The notes beneath the pieces are model-generated. The model was given only the letters and a program-made list of their open reading frames with translations. It had not been told where the DNA came from and did not search any database. Both the position numbers and the translations under genes were made by a program. From Crenarchaeota archaeon 13_1_40CM_3_52_10 (lineage in GTDB: Archaea; Thermoproteota; Bathyarchaeia; 40CM-2-53-6): DNA of 55,411 bases. The DNA lies in NCBI GenBank assembly GCA_001918765.1, contig MNGO01000004.1, positions 1 to 55,411 on the forward strand. Reading direction: 5' to 3'. The first letter of the stretch is position 1. Each line of letters begins with the position of its first letter. Below are positions 9,301 to 19,281 of the stretch, in pieces.

Positions 9301-9846
9301 ATGGCGAAGGTAAACCCGGCGCGAGTTGCACATCCCAGATCATTGCTAGCGGGTGGTCTCGGAGTGTTCTCCAGCCTTGTCGCCATCGGTTGGGCACTGT
9401 TCGGTTACAATCTGCCGGCCACTGCCAATCTCGCTTCGAGTCAGCCGGACAACTTGATGCTCGCCCAGTTTGGCGTCGCGTTCGTCGTGTTGATTGGAAG
9501 CGGTCTAATGCTGGCTCGATACACTCGGCTGGGCGGCGCGGTCAACATTCTCGGGGGCATGGTGACTTTTGGCATCGGTGTTCTCTACGCTAGAAGCTTG
9601 GAACAATCGGCAAGGGCTGCGAGTCTGCCGGGCGTCGCCGTCCACTTCTCTCAATTCTACACCGCCCCCCTAGTCATACCTGTTGACCGTCTCGTGGCCA
9701 CGCTCCTCGTTGTCCCCGTCTTCCCGATAGCGACCCTCCTCGTTATCAGTGGGCTGGGATCGCTCGCAACCTACCGCATGCACCGTCCCCACCCGATTGC
9801 CCTTCCTGCGCAACAACAAGTCTCTGTTCAGACAACAAATAAGTAG
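9301..9846 (+). CDS. Hypothetical membrane protein (~4 TM)
   Basis: Four hydrophobic segments, co-oriented with its neighbours. Confidence 0.7.
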   Translation: MAKVNPARVAHPRSLLAGGLGVFSSLVAIGWALFGYNLPATANLASSQPDNLMLAQFGVAFVVLIGSGLMLARYTRLGGAVNILGGMVTFGIGVLYARSLEQSARAASLPGVAVHFSQFYTAPLVIPVDRLVATLLVVPVFPIATLLVISGLGSLATYRMHRPHPIALPAQQQVSVQTTNK

Positions 9847-9876
9847 AAACTAATCCTACACTCGTCCAGATCTGTA

Positions 9877-10335
9877 ATGTCGAAACGCAAGAACGACGCA
9901 CTCATCCAGGAAGCCTCTAGAGTCTTAGAGAACTCACCTGCTGATCCCTCGATTGCCAACAATCACTTCCGATCTAAGCTATCGTTCGAAACCGACCCGT
10001 CGGACGTCTACCACGACACAACAAACAAAGTCTCTGGAGTAGTAGTGGTCGACGCGAGAACTCCAGACGCCTACGCCCGAGGACACGTTCCGGGGGCCAT
10101 CAATATGCCTCACAGAGCAATCGATTCTTTCACGACCGCTTCTCTGCCCCGAGACAAGGTCTATGTGACATACTGTGACGGCGTGTTCTGCAACGCCTCA
10201 ACCAAAGCGGCCGCGAAGCTTACTGCTCTTGGCTTCAAGGTCAAGGAGATGCTTGACGGAATGGAGGGCTGGAGTAAGGAAGGATATCCGGTCGAAGAGA
10301 CGGTCATGAAGATGACCATTCCCGCGCCCCAATGA
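9877..10335 (+). CDS. Rhodanese-like protein
   Basis: VVVDAR, GHVPGA, active loop YCDGVFCNAS, DGMEGW. Confidence 0.92.
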   Translation: MSKRKNDALIQEASRVLENSPADPSIANNHFRSKLSFETDPSDVYHDTTNKVSGVVVVDARTPDAYARGHVPGAINMPHRAIDSFTTASLPRDKVYVTYCDGVFCNASTKAAAKLTALGFKVKEMLDGMEGWSKEGYPVEETVMKMTIPAPQ

Positions 10336-10419
10336 ATCTCATCTATCCAAGCCACGAACCCCTGTCTGACAAGCGCCGAGCATAACACAGAAAAGCAGCC
10401 GGGTTCGGTTCCGACCGTA

Positions 10420-10562
10420 GGGGCCGTCGTCTAGCTTGGTCAAGGGGATTGACCCCGCCCAGAGGATACCAGAGTCCAATCTTGGACGGTGACCCTGGGG
10501 CGCTGGCGACCCCGAGAAATCGGGGCCAGAGGTCGTGGGTTCAAATCCCACCGGCCCCACCA
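10420..10562 (+). tRNA. tRNA-Pro: tRNA-Pro(GGG) with three introns (10443-10462, 10473-10493, 10509-10531), CCA encoded
   Basis: Removing the three hairpins gives a 79-nt cloverleaf: GGGGCCG/CGGCCCC acceptor stem, GTCT/GGAT D-stem, CCAGC-CTGGGGC-GCTGG anticodon arm, GTGGG-TTCAAAT-CCCAC T-arm, ACCA end. Confidence 0.93.
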
Positions 10563-10800
10563 CAACTTGGGTATACATCGGGCAAATTCATATCTAGGCA
10601 ATGCTCTAGAGAAATCGAGGCTTGACCGAGATCAGAAGATCTCGGCGAATTGTCGGCTCCAGGCCAAATCCTCTCGAGGCCTTCTTCAACAACATTCCCT
10701 TAGGACCGACGATGTGGCAGAGAGTGGCTTCGACGACCATTCTCGGATTACTCTTTAGACTTGGACAATACTGTGATTGTCGGCTTTTCTCTTCCTTCTA

Positions 10801-11229
10801 CTAGAAGTCTCTGGATTGTCGGACGACGAAGATGCTGAACAGTACCCAGAGGGTCGCTACCAAGCCTCCCACAAGCGTCTGTCCAATAGTGAATAGGATC
10901 AATGCGGGCTCTGAGGCTGGGAGCATGAGCCCGAGCACGAAAAGAGTGTCTCCCTTTTTCATGTTCGACCGCTTCCTCGCGATACTCATCTTGGACGCGC
11001 CTACTATTCCATAATAGCACAACCCAGAGAAGACGAAGGAGAAGATAGTGGAAACTACGACACTCAAGGTGATTTGATAGAGAATTGCATCTATCGAACC
11101 CCGCTGGAATCTTGGGATGAAGAAGAATAGCAGAAATGTGAAAACAGCCTTGGTTGAGCCTATCAGTGAAGTTGCTCGGTTCAGGTTGGAGGCGACAAGT
11201 TCACGATCAAGTACGGGTCCCAGTTTCAT
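10801..11229 (-). CDS. Hypothetical membrane protein (~4 TM)
   Basis: Hydrophobic helices; ATG at 11229 (MKLGPVLD) preferred over 11301. Confidence 0.6.
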   Translation of the reverse strand: MKLGPVLDRELVASNLNRATSLIGSTKAVFTFLLFFFIPRFQRGSIDAILYQITLSVVVSTIFSFVFSGLCYYGIVGASKMSIARKRSNMKKGDTLFVLGLMLPASEPALILFTIGQTLVGGLVATLWVLFSIFVVRQSRDF

Positions 11230-11540
11230 TTTCGGACATTGGAACGCTCGAATGACACAATGTGATCGTGTATAAATGCCCAATACTCTTTGTTCGCGCA
11301 ACTAGCGATCTCTGTTCGAGACTGTGATCCACGTCCCGCCACCGAACTCCTTCTCGTCGAACACTTTGAATCGCGTTGGAGTAAACCTGGTAAATCTCAA
11401 CGGGCTTGGCTTTTGCCTCGGCCAGGGCCCCTGTTGTCGATAGAGTACAGGAATTAAATGGGACACTTGGAATCGCTTGGTCTTGTCAAGCAGAGGGTCA
11501 AGTTCGGAAAGCCTTGCTTGGAATCATCTAGTCGGGTTGC

Positions 11541-11550
11541 CCTTTTATAA
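11541..11550 (+). promoter_or_regulatory. Putative TATA box for the ABC operon
   Basis: CCTTTTATAA about 50 nt upstream of the 11598 start. Confidence 0.4.
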
Positions 11551-11597
11551 CGAGACGCAATCGTGCGCTTTTCTAATCATACGGGATTGAACTCATC

Positions 11598-13430
11598 TTG
11601 CATGTGCCAAGGCCGAGCCTTAGAAGACGAGTTGCCTCATCCTCGGCCGGAAAAACAGCCTCGTCCTTTACTAGGATTCTTCTAGTTGCGATAGCGATTG
11701 GGGCAGTCGGCCTACTAGTTATTGAGATACTTGTTAACGGCGCGGCCAATTCGATTCTTTCTAATGATCTGACACCTAGCGTTCCCTACTTTGCGCTCCG
11801 AACCCTGACACGGATGACTATTGCCTACGCGTTCGCGCTGGCATTTGCACTGGCTTACGGAATTGCGACGGCTATGAACCATCGCGCTTCCCACGTGCTA
11901 CTTCCATTACTAGACATATTCCAATCGGTCCCTGTCCTCGGAGTCCTGCCTGTGGTCTTCCTCTTGATCCTAGGAACCGGAGCTAGTGCTCCCGAGTTCA
12001 ACCAGGAAGTCGCGTCTATCATACTAATCTTTACAGCGATGGCTTGGGCGCCTACGTTCGGAGTCATCGCGGGAATAAACGCTATTCCGACTGACATAAA
12101 GGAAGCAGCCCACGCTTATGGAATGCACGGAGCTCGGTATCTTCGCCAGATCGTTCTTCCGGCGGTGTTCCCGGAGCTAGTCTGGAGCAGTTTACTCGCA
12201 TGGGGTGGAGGATGGTACTTGATCCCTATCGAAGAGCATGTCTCCTTCGGCCCCACCCAACACGTGGATCTGCCAGGCATAGGGAAGTATATCGCCGTAG
12301 CGGCGACACGAGCTGATCTGGGCTCAGCGCTCTTTGGCCTCATTGTGTTGGTCGGAATCATCTTCGCGATTGACCGACTGGTCTGGAAGCCTCTCGGGAC
12401 TAGAGCCGAGAAATACAAGTACGAGACTATAGCCGCGCCGAGAACCACGGCAACGAGACAGAGCGCTGTAGGAGTGGAAGTGAGGAAATACGAGGACCGT
12501 CTCGTCTCGCCAGTACTCTCGTTTTTCAAGTCCGAAAGATCCTATGCGGCAAGAGTTCTGGAACTGACCCGCTGGCGACGAATACGCCACATAACGGAGA
12601 AGTTGAGATTTCCGCAGCGAATCAGCAGAATACCATTGTGGGGAAGATTGCTCAGCTATGCGATATTCATCGGACTCGTTCTTCTCGGCCTCATCGTCAC
12701 AATCATGTCACGATCCCAATCCATCGCAATCGGAATTTCCCTGCTCGCCACCGACGTAACAGCCTTCGAACTAGCCGCTCTCACTCTACTATCACTCTCT
12801 AGACTGCTCATGGCATATGCTATTGCCCTCTCATGGACTCTCGGGGCAGGCATACTCATAGCAAGAAGCCAAAGACTGTCCAGGCTTCTCGTGCCAATAT
12901 TTGACATTGGACAATCTATCCCAGCGACAGCCCTGTTTCCCATCGTCGTGATACTACTCGTCGACCCGTTCAGGAACTCCCCCTTACTCGGGTTCACGCT
13001 CAACCTAGCGTCGGTGCTCTTGATACTAACGGGGATGCAATGGTATCTCCTGTTCAATATCGTCGGGGCGGTGAATAGCGTCCCGAACGACTTGCTGGAA
13101 GCGACCGCGGCTTACAGGATTCGCGGACGGCGTTTTGTCAGAGAGATTCTTATCCCCGCTTCTTTTCCCGCAATCCTCATTGGAAGCATACAAGCTTGGG
13201 GTGGCGGCTGGAACGCGCTTATAGTCTCCGAATACATCGGACCCAACGCAAACGTCCCTGGGCTAGGCTCATTTCTAGTTCAAGCAACGTTACCATCAAA
13301 GAACCAGCTCCTAGCCCCCCTTGAGATCTATGCGTCACTTCTTGTCATGACTGCGACCGTCCTGGTCATCAACCGGCTTGTCTGGAGGCGTCTGCTGCGG
13401 AAGGCCGACAGGTACAAGTTCGAGGCATAG
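11598..13430 (+). CDS. NitT/TauT-family ABC permease with two fused TMDs
   Basis: Duplicated module (LLDIFQSVP / IFDIGQSIP; EAA loops; WGGGW twice). Confidence 0.92.
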   Translation: MHVPRPSLRRRVASSSAGKTASSFTRILLVAIAIGAVGLLVIEILVNGAANSILSNDLTPSVPYFALRTLTRMTIAYAFALAFALAYGIATAMNHRASHVLLPLLDIFQSVPVLGVLPVVFLLILGTGASAPEFNQEVASIILIFTAMAWAPTFGVIAGINAIPTDIKEAAHAYGMHGARYLRQIVLPAVFPELVWSSLLAWGGGWYLIPIEEHVSFGPTQHVDLPGIGKYIAVAATRADLGSALFGLIVLVGIIFAIDRLVWKPLGTRAEKYKYETIAAPRTTATRQSAVGVEVRKYEDRLVSPVLSFFKSERSYAARVLELTRWRRIRHITEKLRFPQRISRIPLWGRLLSYAIFIGLVLLGLIVTIMSRSQSIAIGISLLATDVTAFELAALTLLSLSRLLMAYAIALSWTLGAGILIARSQRLSRLLVPIFDIGQSIPATALFPIVVILLVDPFRNSPLLGFTLNLASVLLILTGMQWYLLFNIVGAVNSVPNDLLEATAAYRIRGRRFVREILIPASFPAILIGSIQAWGGGWNALIVSEYIGPNANVPGLGSFLVQATLPSKNQLLAPLEIYASLLVMTATVLVINRLVWRRLLRKADRYKFEA

Positions 13431-13435
13431 TCTAG

Positions 13436-14197
13436 TTGAGCCAACCCTCCGAGCCCATTCTCCAAATCAAGGACGTAGCCAAGATCTACCCTGGTGAAGG
13501 CAAAAGCACAACGGTTCTCGACCACATTTCATTCGACGTCTACAAAGAGTTCCTCTGTATTGTCGGGCCTTCAGGCTGTGGAAAGAGCACGCTGCTGCGG
13601 ATTATCGATGGACTTGACAAACCGACTAGCGGTCAGGTGCTGTTTCATGGCCAGCCGATTACGAGTCCGAGCCCGAAGGTCGGTGTGATCTTCCAGACCT
13701 TCGCACTAATTCCATGGAAAACTGTGCTTGGGAACGTGCAGATGGCAATATCCTCAACGCCAATTGCCAAGGAGGAACAGTTGAAGATCGCGCAAAAGTA
13801 CATCCAGGATGTTGGCTTGGAAGGGTTCGAGTCTTCCTATCCTAAGGAGCTCTCCGGTGGGATGAAGCAGCGGGTTGGAATAGCCCGTGCTCTCGCGCTC
13901 CAGCCTGAAGTGCTGCTGATGGATGAACCATTTTCAAGCCTTGATGCGTTGACAGCGGAGAACCTCCGACGTGAGGTCTTGGATATTTGGAGAGACCCTG
14001 CATACCCCACCGGTTCGGTGATTATGGTTACACATAATGTTCAGGAGGCTGTAGAGATGGCTGATAGGGTGGTCGTTTTGAGCGCAAGGCCGGCGAAGAT
14101 AGTTGATGATGTCAAGATCGATCTCGAACGGCCTAGAAGCCCGAGGGACCCCGTACTGTACGACCTAGCGGACCGAATAATCTCGAAAATAAGCTAG
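13436..14197 (+). CDS. NitT/TauT-family ABC ATPase
   Basis: GPSGCGKS, LSGGMKQR, MDEPFSSLD, VTHN. Confidence 0.96.
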   Translation: MSQPSEPILQIKDVAKIYPGEGKSTTVLDHISFDVYKEFLCIVGPSGCGKSTLLRIIDGLDKPTSGQVLFHGQPITSPSPKVGVIFQTFALIPWKTVLGNVQMAISSTPIAKEEQLKIAQKYIQDVGLEGFESSYPKELSGGMKQRVGIARALALQPEVLLMDEPFSSLDALTAENLRREVLDIWRDPAYPTGSVIMVTHNVQEAVEMADRVVVLSARPAKIVDDVKIDLERPRSPRDPVLYDLADRIISKIS

Positions 14198-14664
14198 TGA
14201 ACGTGAGTTTTGGGAAGAAGACGTTCGGATTGCCCATCGTAACCGAACAGGCCTGTGAAGACTCCCCAGCTGATAATTATGCTGATCAGTGTTGGGATGT
14301 CGAGAGTAGGGCCGTACTTGGAGCTGATAAATCGCGCGAGAGTGAAGCGCGTGACTTGCCCTTGTTGATTGAGTAGTTTTGCAATGTCAGAGAAGGGCTC
14401 AAGAGTTTCCAGCCGTTGGTGGACGAGTTTTTTCCGTTCTGCTATCTTGCTGCTGTGGGCTTTGTTGCCGAGTTCTGTGAGGGAGATCTCTCCCTCCTTG
14501 ACGGCCACGAGACCGAGGTATTCCGCTGTATCGATTATCGGCAGCAACTCGTCGAGGTCGATGCGGAGATCGATGGTCAGGGTGGCAATGTCCGCTTTTC
14601 CATTGTACGCCTTCAAGAGATCAAGTAAACCGAAGACGCGGTTTACGCCGGCGGTAGGGAGCAT
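14194..14664 (-). CDS. Stand-alone AAA-associated C-terminal domain protein (AAA_assoc_C-like)
   Basis: LP.A....GLL.LL...G..D...L....DELLP...AE.LG.....G...LT..G ... ISWG...LF.YD pattern, which I recognise from C-termini of NitT ATPases. Confidence 0.8.
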   Translation of the reverse strand: MLPTAGVNRVFGLLDLLKAYNGKADIATLTIDLRIDLDELLPIIDTAEYLGLVAVKEGEISLTELGNKAHSSKIAERKKLVHQRLETLEPFSDIAKLLNQQGQVTRFTLARFISSKYGPTLDIPTLISIIISWGVFTGLFGYDGQSERLLPKTHVH

Positions 14665-14736
14665 TTCTCGTTACAGGATTCGCTTGAACCTGATAGGGGT
14701 TAAAGAACTTTGGATGGGCGATAGATTGTTTGCTGA

Positions 14737-15624
14737 TCAGCTGAGAAGTTTCGACAAGGTTTTGATCGCGTCCATCTGGTTTGGCACACTTGCCTTTCCA
14801 TCTGGACTTGGCACAGCAACCACGTAGGAAACTCCTAGCTCCTCAAGACGTGAGAGTATCTGTTTGTTCTGAGCCATATTTCCGGCGAGCATAATTCTCC
14901 TCTCTCCTTGCGGCGACTTGTACTCTGACTGCTCGGCCCTCGGATCTATGCCGATTCGGACGCATATCCCTTTGGTCTTCGCTTCTGGGGAGCTTTCTCT
15001 AAAGTCCGCGACAAGTTTTGCGAATTGGTCGAGCGGTTGGAGGTTCGGATGCCACGCATCACCGAGAGTTGCGGCCCGTTTCATGGCAGCTTTGCTTGTT
15101 CCACCAATCCAGATCGCTAGATGCCTCTGAACTGGGCGCGGTTCGAAGACGGCATCGGAAAATTCCAAGCTGAGAACACGGCTCTTGAAACTCGTCTCTC
15201 CTCTCCAAAGCGCTCTTATCAATCGAATAGACGCGTCCACCCTCTTGCCTCTGCTGTGGAAGTTTGAGCCCAGATGGGCGAACTCTTTCTCGTTCCAGCC
15301 GACACCAATGGCCAGCATGAGTCTTCCCCCGCTAAGGTTGTCGAGTGTAACGAGCTGTCTTGCGACGACAACAGGATTTCGCATCGCGATGATTAGTGAG
15401 GATATTCCTAGCTTTACCCGTTTGTTAATTCCCGCAAGGTAGGCGAGTGTCGTGATGCTGTCGAAGATTCGCTCATAGGGAGTTCCACTGTTTTTAGGCA
15501 TTAGTATGTGGTCGGTGGTCCAAAGGGAATCACAGCCTGCCTGTTCGGCCTCCAAGGCTACGTTACGAAGCGCCTCGGTTGACGAGGATTCTCCGTAGTT
15601 CGGGACACATACTCCGAATTTCAT
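14737..15624 (-). CDS. LLM-class (luciferase-like, probably F420-dependent) oxidoreductase
   Basis: MKFGVCVPNYG, LWTTDHI, LDNLSGGRL, GVGWNEKEF, IWIGG; start moved to ATG 15624. Confidence 0.92.
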   Translation of the reverse strand: MKFGVCVPNYGESSSTEALRNVALEAEQAGCDSLWTTDHILMPKNSGTPYERIFDSITTLAYLAGINKRVKLGISSLIIAMRNPVVVARQLVTLDNLSGGRLMLAIGVGWNEKEFAHLGSNFHSRGKRVDASIRLIRALWRGETSFKSRVLSLEFSDAVFEPRPVQRHLAIWIGGTSKAAMKRAATLGDAWHPNLQPLDQFAKLVADFRESSPEAKTKGICVRIGIDPRAEQSEYKSPQGERRIMLAGNMAQNKQILSRLEELGVSYVVAVPSPDGKASVPNQMDAIKTLSKLLS

Positions 15625-15751
15625 ACCGCGGTCATTGCGCCTCTTGTTGATATCATTCTTCTGATTTCGCGAGGATGGACCCACTCTTGACATTTTTCGC
15701 CTCGGTTCAACATTTTTATCGCCCATCTCCGGGAACAGACGTTTCCCAAGC

Positions 15752-16696
15752 TTGTTTGCAGTGGAAACGCTAGATCTCTCGAAGAGGTATGGGAAAACTG
15801 ACGCTCTCCGTGGCTTGAACTTCACGGTCAACGAGGGCGAGATAATGGTAATTCTAGGCCCAAACGGGTCCGGCAAGACAACACTTCTGATGATCCTTTG
15901 CACGATCCTGAAGCCAACATCCGGAACGGCAAAAGTTGTTGGGATTGATGTTGTGGAGGAGGGGACCAAGGTCCGAGAGGTTATGGGAATAGCGTTTCAG
16001 GAGGCGAGGGGTTTCTGGCGTCACAAGCCCTCGTCGATCCTGAGGTTCCACGCTTCTATGTTCGACATAGACCCCGCAAAACGGCAGGATCTGATTGAGC
16101 GCACGATGAAGGATTTGGAGCTGTGGGAGTCACGCGACAAGATGTTCATGCACCTGTCGGGTGGTCAGGCGAAACGACTAGAGACAGCCAAGGTTCTCAT
16201 TCAGCAGCCTAAGCTGGCGATTTTCGACGAACCCACGAGCCAGGTGGATCTGCGGGGGAAGAGGAAGATCTGGGACAAGATCCGAGAGCTGCGGGACCAA
16301 GGGTCCACGATCATAGTTGCGACGAACGAGGTTCGGGAGGCTGAGTACCTTGCTGACCGGGTCACGATCCTGCACCAGGGACAAAGGGTTGTTTGTGACA
16401 CTATTCCAAAGCTGAAAGACGCGATTGCCGGGGGAGACATTGTCGAAGTGGACTTCGAGGACCCCGTATCCGGAAAACTAGTAGACGACCTCAACGGACT
16501 CGGGGGCGATGTCTCGTTGTCATCGGAAGGTAATCAACTGAGGGCGAAGGTTTCGAGAGCAGAAGACTGGGTTCCGAAAATGACCTCCGCCAGCTACATC
16601 GCGGGGGCAAAGATCGCGTCAATCAGGATTACCGAGCCTTCCCTTGACGACGTCTTCCTCCACTTCACAGGCAAGGCCTTAGTGGATCAACCATGA
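15752..16696 (+). CDS. ABC-2/DrrA-type exporter ATPase
   Basis: GPNGSGKT, LSGGQ, FDEPT, PSLDDVF. Confidence 0.94.
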   Translation: MFAVETLDLSKRYGKTDALRGLNFTVNEGEIMVILGPNGSGKTTLLMILCTILKPTSGTAKVVGIDVVEEGTKVREVMGIAFQEARGFWRHKPSSILRFHASMFDIDPAKRQDLIERTMKDLELWESRDKMFMHLSGGQAKRLETAKVLIQQPKLAIFDEPTSQVDLRGKRKIWDKIRELRDQGSTIIVATNEVREAEYLADRVTILHQGQRVVCDTIPKLKDAIAGGDIVEVDFEDPVSGKLVDDLNGLGGDVSLSSEGNQLRAKVSRAEDWVPKMTSASYIAGAKIASIRITEPSLDDVFLHFTGKALVDQP

Positions 16697-17457
16697 ACCG
16701 CGTGTTGACTCTCGCCGCTTACAATGTCCGGATTCTCTTATCGGAGAGAACCTGGTTCGTCCTCGCATGGGCCCTGTTCGGACTACAGATAGCTGTCTAC
16801 GGGTCCCTTATGTCAAAGCTAGTTTCGACAACAGTCCCGAACTATCTGTTCTTCTACGGCGTGGGACTCATGGTTATCACAGTATTCGACTCTGGAGCTG
16901 ATGTAGGCCGACACTTCGTCGAACACGCGCACGAAGGAGAACTACCCTACTTCCTATCCTTACCAGTCTCCCGCGGAGGATTCCTAGCAGCGCAGGCCAT
17001 CTACGGAGTCGCGAATACGATGATCAAGGTTCTACCGCCCCTTATAGGAGTCCTCTGGTTTGTCGGAGACCTCACAGTTCAAGGCGCGGTCTTCGCGTTG
17101 ATATCGATGTTTCTACTTGGACTGGGAATCACGGGAATAATGGTGTCGATGTCGTTCATCGCCTTCAAGTCAGTGGACATATACAGCGCGTTCCTCGCCG
17201 GGCTATCCGCATTGATCGTCCGGTTCAGCACAGTATTCTACCCACTAATCTTCATGCCAAGTTTCTACTCACCAATATCCGTGTTCAGCCCTCTGACCTA
17301 CGGCGCGGATCTAACAAGATGGGTTTTGGGCTTCGACTCTAACTTCCTCATCAACCCGATCTTCGCAGCAGCCGTTGTCACAGGTGTCGCTGTCGGAACA
17401 CTCTCGTTGAGTGCGAGGATAGTCGACAAAGTCATCGAGGGCGTGAAAGCCGCTTGA
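16693..17457 (+). CDS. ABC-2 type permease
   Basis: 6 TM, STVFYP...SPLTY; overlaps the ATPase stop. Confidence 0.88.
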   Translation: MNRVLTLAAYNVRILLSERTWFVLAWALFGLQIAVYGSLMSKLVSTTVPNYLFFYGVGLMVITVFDSGADVGRHFVEHAHEGELPYFLSLPVSRGGFLAAQAIYGVANTMIKVLPPLIGVLWFVGDLTVQGAVFALISMFLLGLGITGIMVSMSFIAFKSVDIYSAFLAGLSALIVRFSTVFYPLIFMPSFYSPISVFSPLTYGADLTRWVLGFDSNFLINPIFAAAVVTGVAVGTLSLSARIVDKVIEGVKAA

Positions 17458-18266
17458 GCCAGCTCTCGCGACTTGTACGTATCGCGCGGACAGATTTCTC
17501 TTACTTCTTCCGGACCAAATGGCTGATGGCGGTATTGATCAGCCTCAGTCTCTCGGACATGTTAGTGGTTGGACTCGTATACGGTAGGCTGATTCCCAGC
17601 AAATTTGCTGGTCTTACCTATTTTCAGTTCCTTGTTCCAGGGATCGTCGTAGTCGGCCTGTTCTCCGCCGCCACGGATACGGGCCGACGAATCTGGCTCG
17701 CCCTCCGAGAGGGCGTCGTACAATACTACCTCACACTTCCAATCCGGACAGGAGGACTGGTTGGAGCATACATCATATCCGGAGGCCTCGGCGGAATAGT
17801 ATACTCCGGCGCTCTCCTAGCCATAGCGTATCTAGCACTCTCGTTCCTCGGAGCGAGCACCATACCCATCCAGGGAATCTTGTACGCTCTCGCGCTCGTT
17901 CCCTTCCTGTTCATCCTCGCTACAGGGATCGCGGGTCTTGCAGCCTTCTTCGCAAGCGTATCTCGAAGAGGAGAGATTTACTGGGTTTACGCGCAAGCAC
18001 TCCAAGTCTCAATGGTCACAATCAGCACGGTATTCTACCCCGCACAAACCATAGCCCAATATCTTCCAGCGCCTGTGGCAACGATAGCCGAATACAATCC
18101 TCTCAGCCTAGCCGCGGGAGCTCTTCGAACCTCAGCCTTTGCTGGAAACCCTCTGGACACAATCGTTCTGACGAACCTACTCGCCACCTCCCTTCCACTG
18201 GCGATGCTGGGAGCCTTTGCATACTGGATCATTCTCCGAACGATCAGGCTAAAGGGAAAACCGTGA
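17454..18266 (+). CDS. ABC-2 type permease
   Basis: YFQFLVPG, STVFYP, NPLS. Confidence 0.88.
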   Translation: MSQLSRLVRIARTDFSYFFRTKWLMAVLISLSLSDMLVVGLVYGRLIPSKFAGLTYFQFLVPGIVVVGLFSAATDTGRRIWLALREGVVQYYLTLPIRTGGLVGAYIISGGLGGIVYSGALLAIAYLALSFLGASTIPIQGILYALALVPFLFILATGIAGLAAFFASVSRRGEIYWVYAQALQVSMVTISTVFYPAQTIAQYLPAPVATIAEYNPLSLAAGALRTSAFAGNPLDTIVLTNLLATSLPLAMLGAFAYWIILRTIRLKGKP

Positions 18267-19231
18267 AAACACCTGAGACGGCTCAGATCCGAAAACCATT
18301 AGGAGTCTCCTACAGAACTTTTTCTCAAGGTGAAGAGTCAACACTTCTGACAATTCTAGACGATGCCCTAGGCAGTTTTGCCGATGTCCCGCGAACGAGG
18401 TCAGCTCTCCACTCCCCCCGATTTGACCCTCTTGGATGCTTCATTGCCGAGGAGAATCATACACCGATCGGTTGGGTGGCGGCGACAAGTCTTCCCCGAG
18501 ACAACTGGTTCGTGATAAGATATCTCAGTGTCAAACACGCAACCGTTCGAACCAACATAGCCGAGAGTCTTCTGGAAAGAGCGACCAAGTACGTAGAATC
18601 GAAAGAGCCGGAATTCCTGCGAGCCACTACCCCAGCAATCGAGCCATATGTCCAGGTCTACCGGAAATACGGCTTCAAGCCATTACGTCGAGACTTTCGA
18701 ATCAGCTGGCAAATGCATGACGAGCCTCAAACCAAGAAGTCTAGTCTTGAAACTGAGGAAGTCTCAGACAAGACGATTGAAGATGCAAGCAGCTTGTACG
18801 CAAGGGCGTTAAGCCCTTACTGGGACTGGCGGACAGAGGAAGAGGCCGGCATCACCACCGTGACCGAATCATTCAAACAGGACAGGTCTCGAGGAGCAAG
18901 GTGGGTTCTCGCTCGGCTAGACAAGGAACCAGTAGGCCTAGTTGGCCTCATACCCGACTACTACGGGCCAGGCGAGGCCTGGTTCCGGGGAGCATTTGTT
19001 CTTCCAGCGCATCGAGGGAAGGGAATCGGGTCAGCGTTGATGTCTGTAATCCATACGTTTGCGAAAAATCTGAGCCAGAGAAAGATGACTGTTTACACGT
19101 TCTCCTACATGGACAGTCTAGCTCCGGGAGCCATCCTCTATCTGAAATCTGGCGGGAAGATAGAAGCAGAGTATCTGCAACTCACTAGAACCTGGGGAGG
19201 ACTATCTCGTTCTCAGGAAAGTAATGCATAA
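18263..19231 (+). CDS. Tandem GNAT acetyltransferase
   Basis: FVLPAHRGKGIG acetyl-CoA motif in the C-terminal domain; degenerate N-terminal GNAT (YRKYGF). Confidence 0.85.
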   Translation: MKTPETAQIRKPLGVSYRTFSQGEESTLLTILDDALGSFADVPRTRSALHSPRFDPLGCFIAEENHTPIGWVAATSLPRDNWFVIRYLSVKHATVRTNIAESLLERATKYVESKEPEFLRATTPAIEPYVQVYRKYGFKPLRRDFRISWQMHDEPQTKKSSLETEEVSDKTIEDASSLYARALSPYWDWRTEEEAGITTVTESFKQDRSRGARWVLARLDKEPVGLVGLIPDYYGPGEAWFRGAFVLPAHRGKGIGSALMSVIHTFAKNLSQRKMTVYTFSYMDSLAPGAILYLKSGGKIEAEYLQLTRTWGGLSRSQESNA

Positions 19232-19281
19232 CCCGAATATAGCATATCGACCTCTTCCAATCTAGCGGAGGCATAGCACCG

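Noticed and set aside
10339..10758. ORFs 10339-10578(-) and 10489-10758(+)
   Set aside because: They overlap the tRNA; VGPVGFEPTTS is the typical antisense translation of a tRNA.
10540..11597. Integrated element at the tRNA 3' end
   Set aside because: No integrase and no repeat of the tRNA 3' end found in the window; CGGCCCCTACC near 38450 is too short.
15625..15969. Long N-terminal extension of the LLM ORF
   Set aside because: It overlaps the ABC ATPase on the other strand; the family starts at MKFG.
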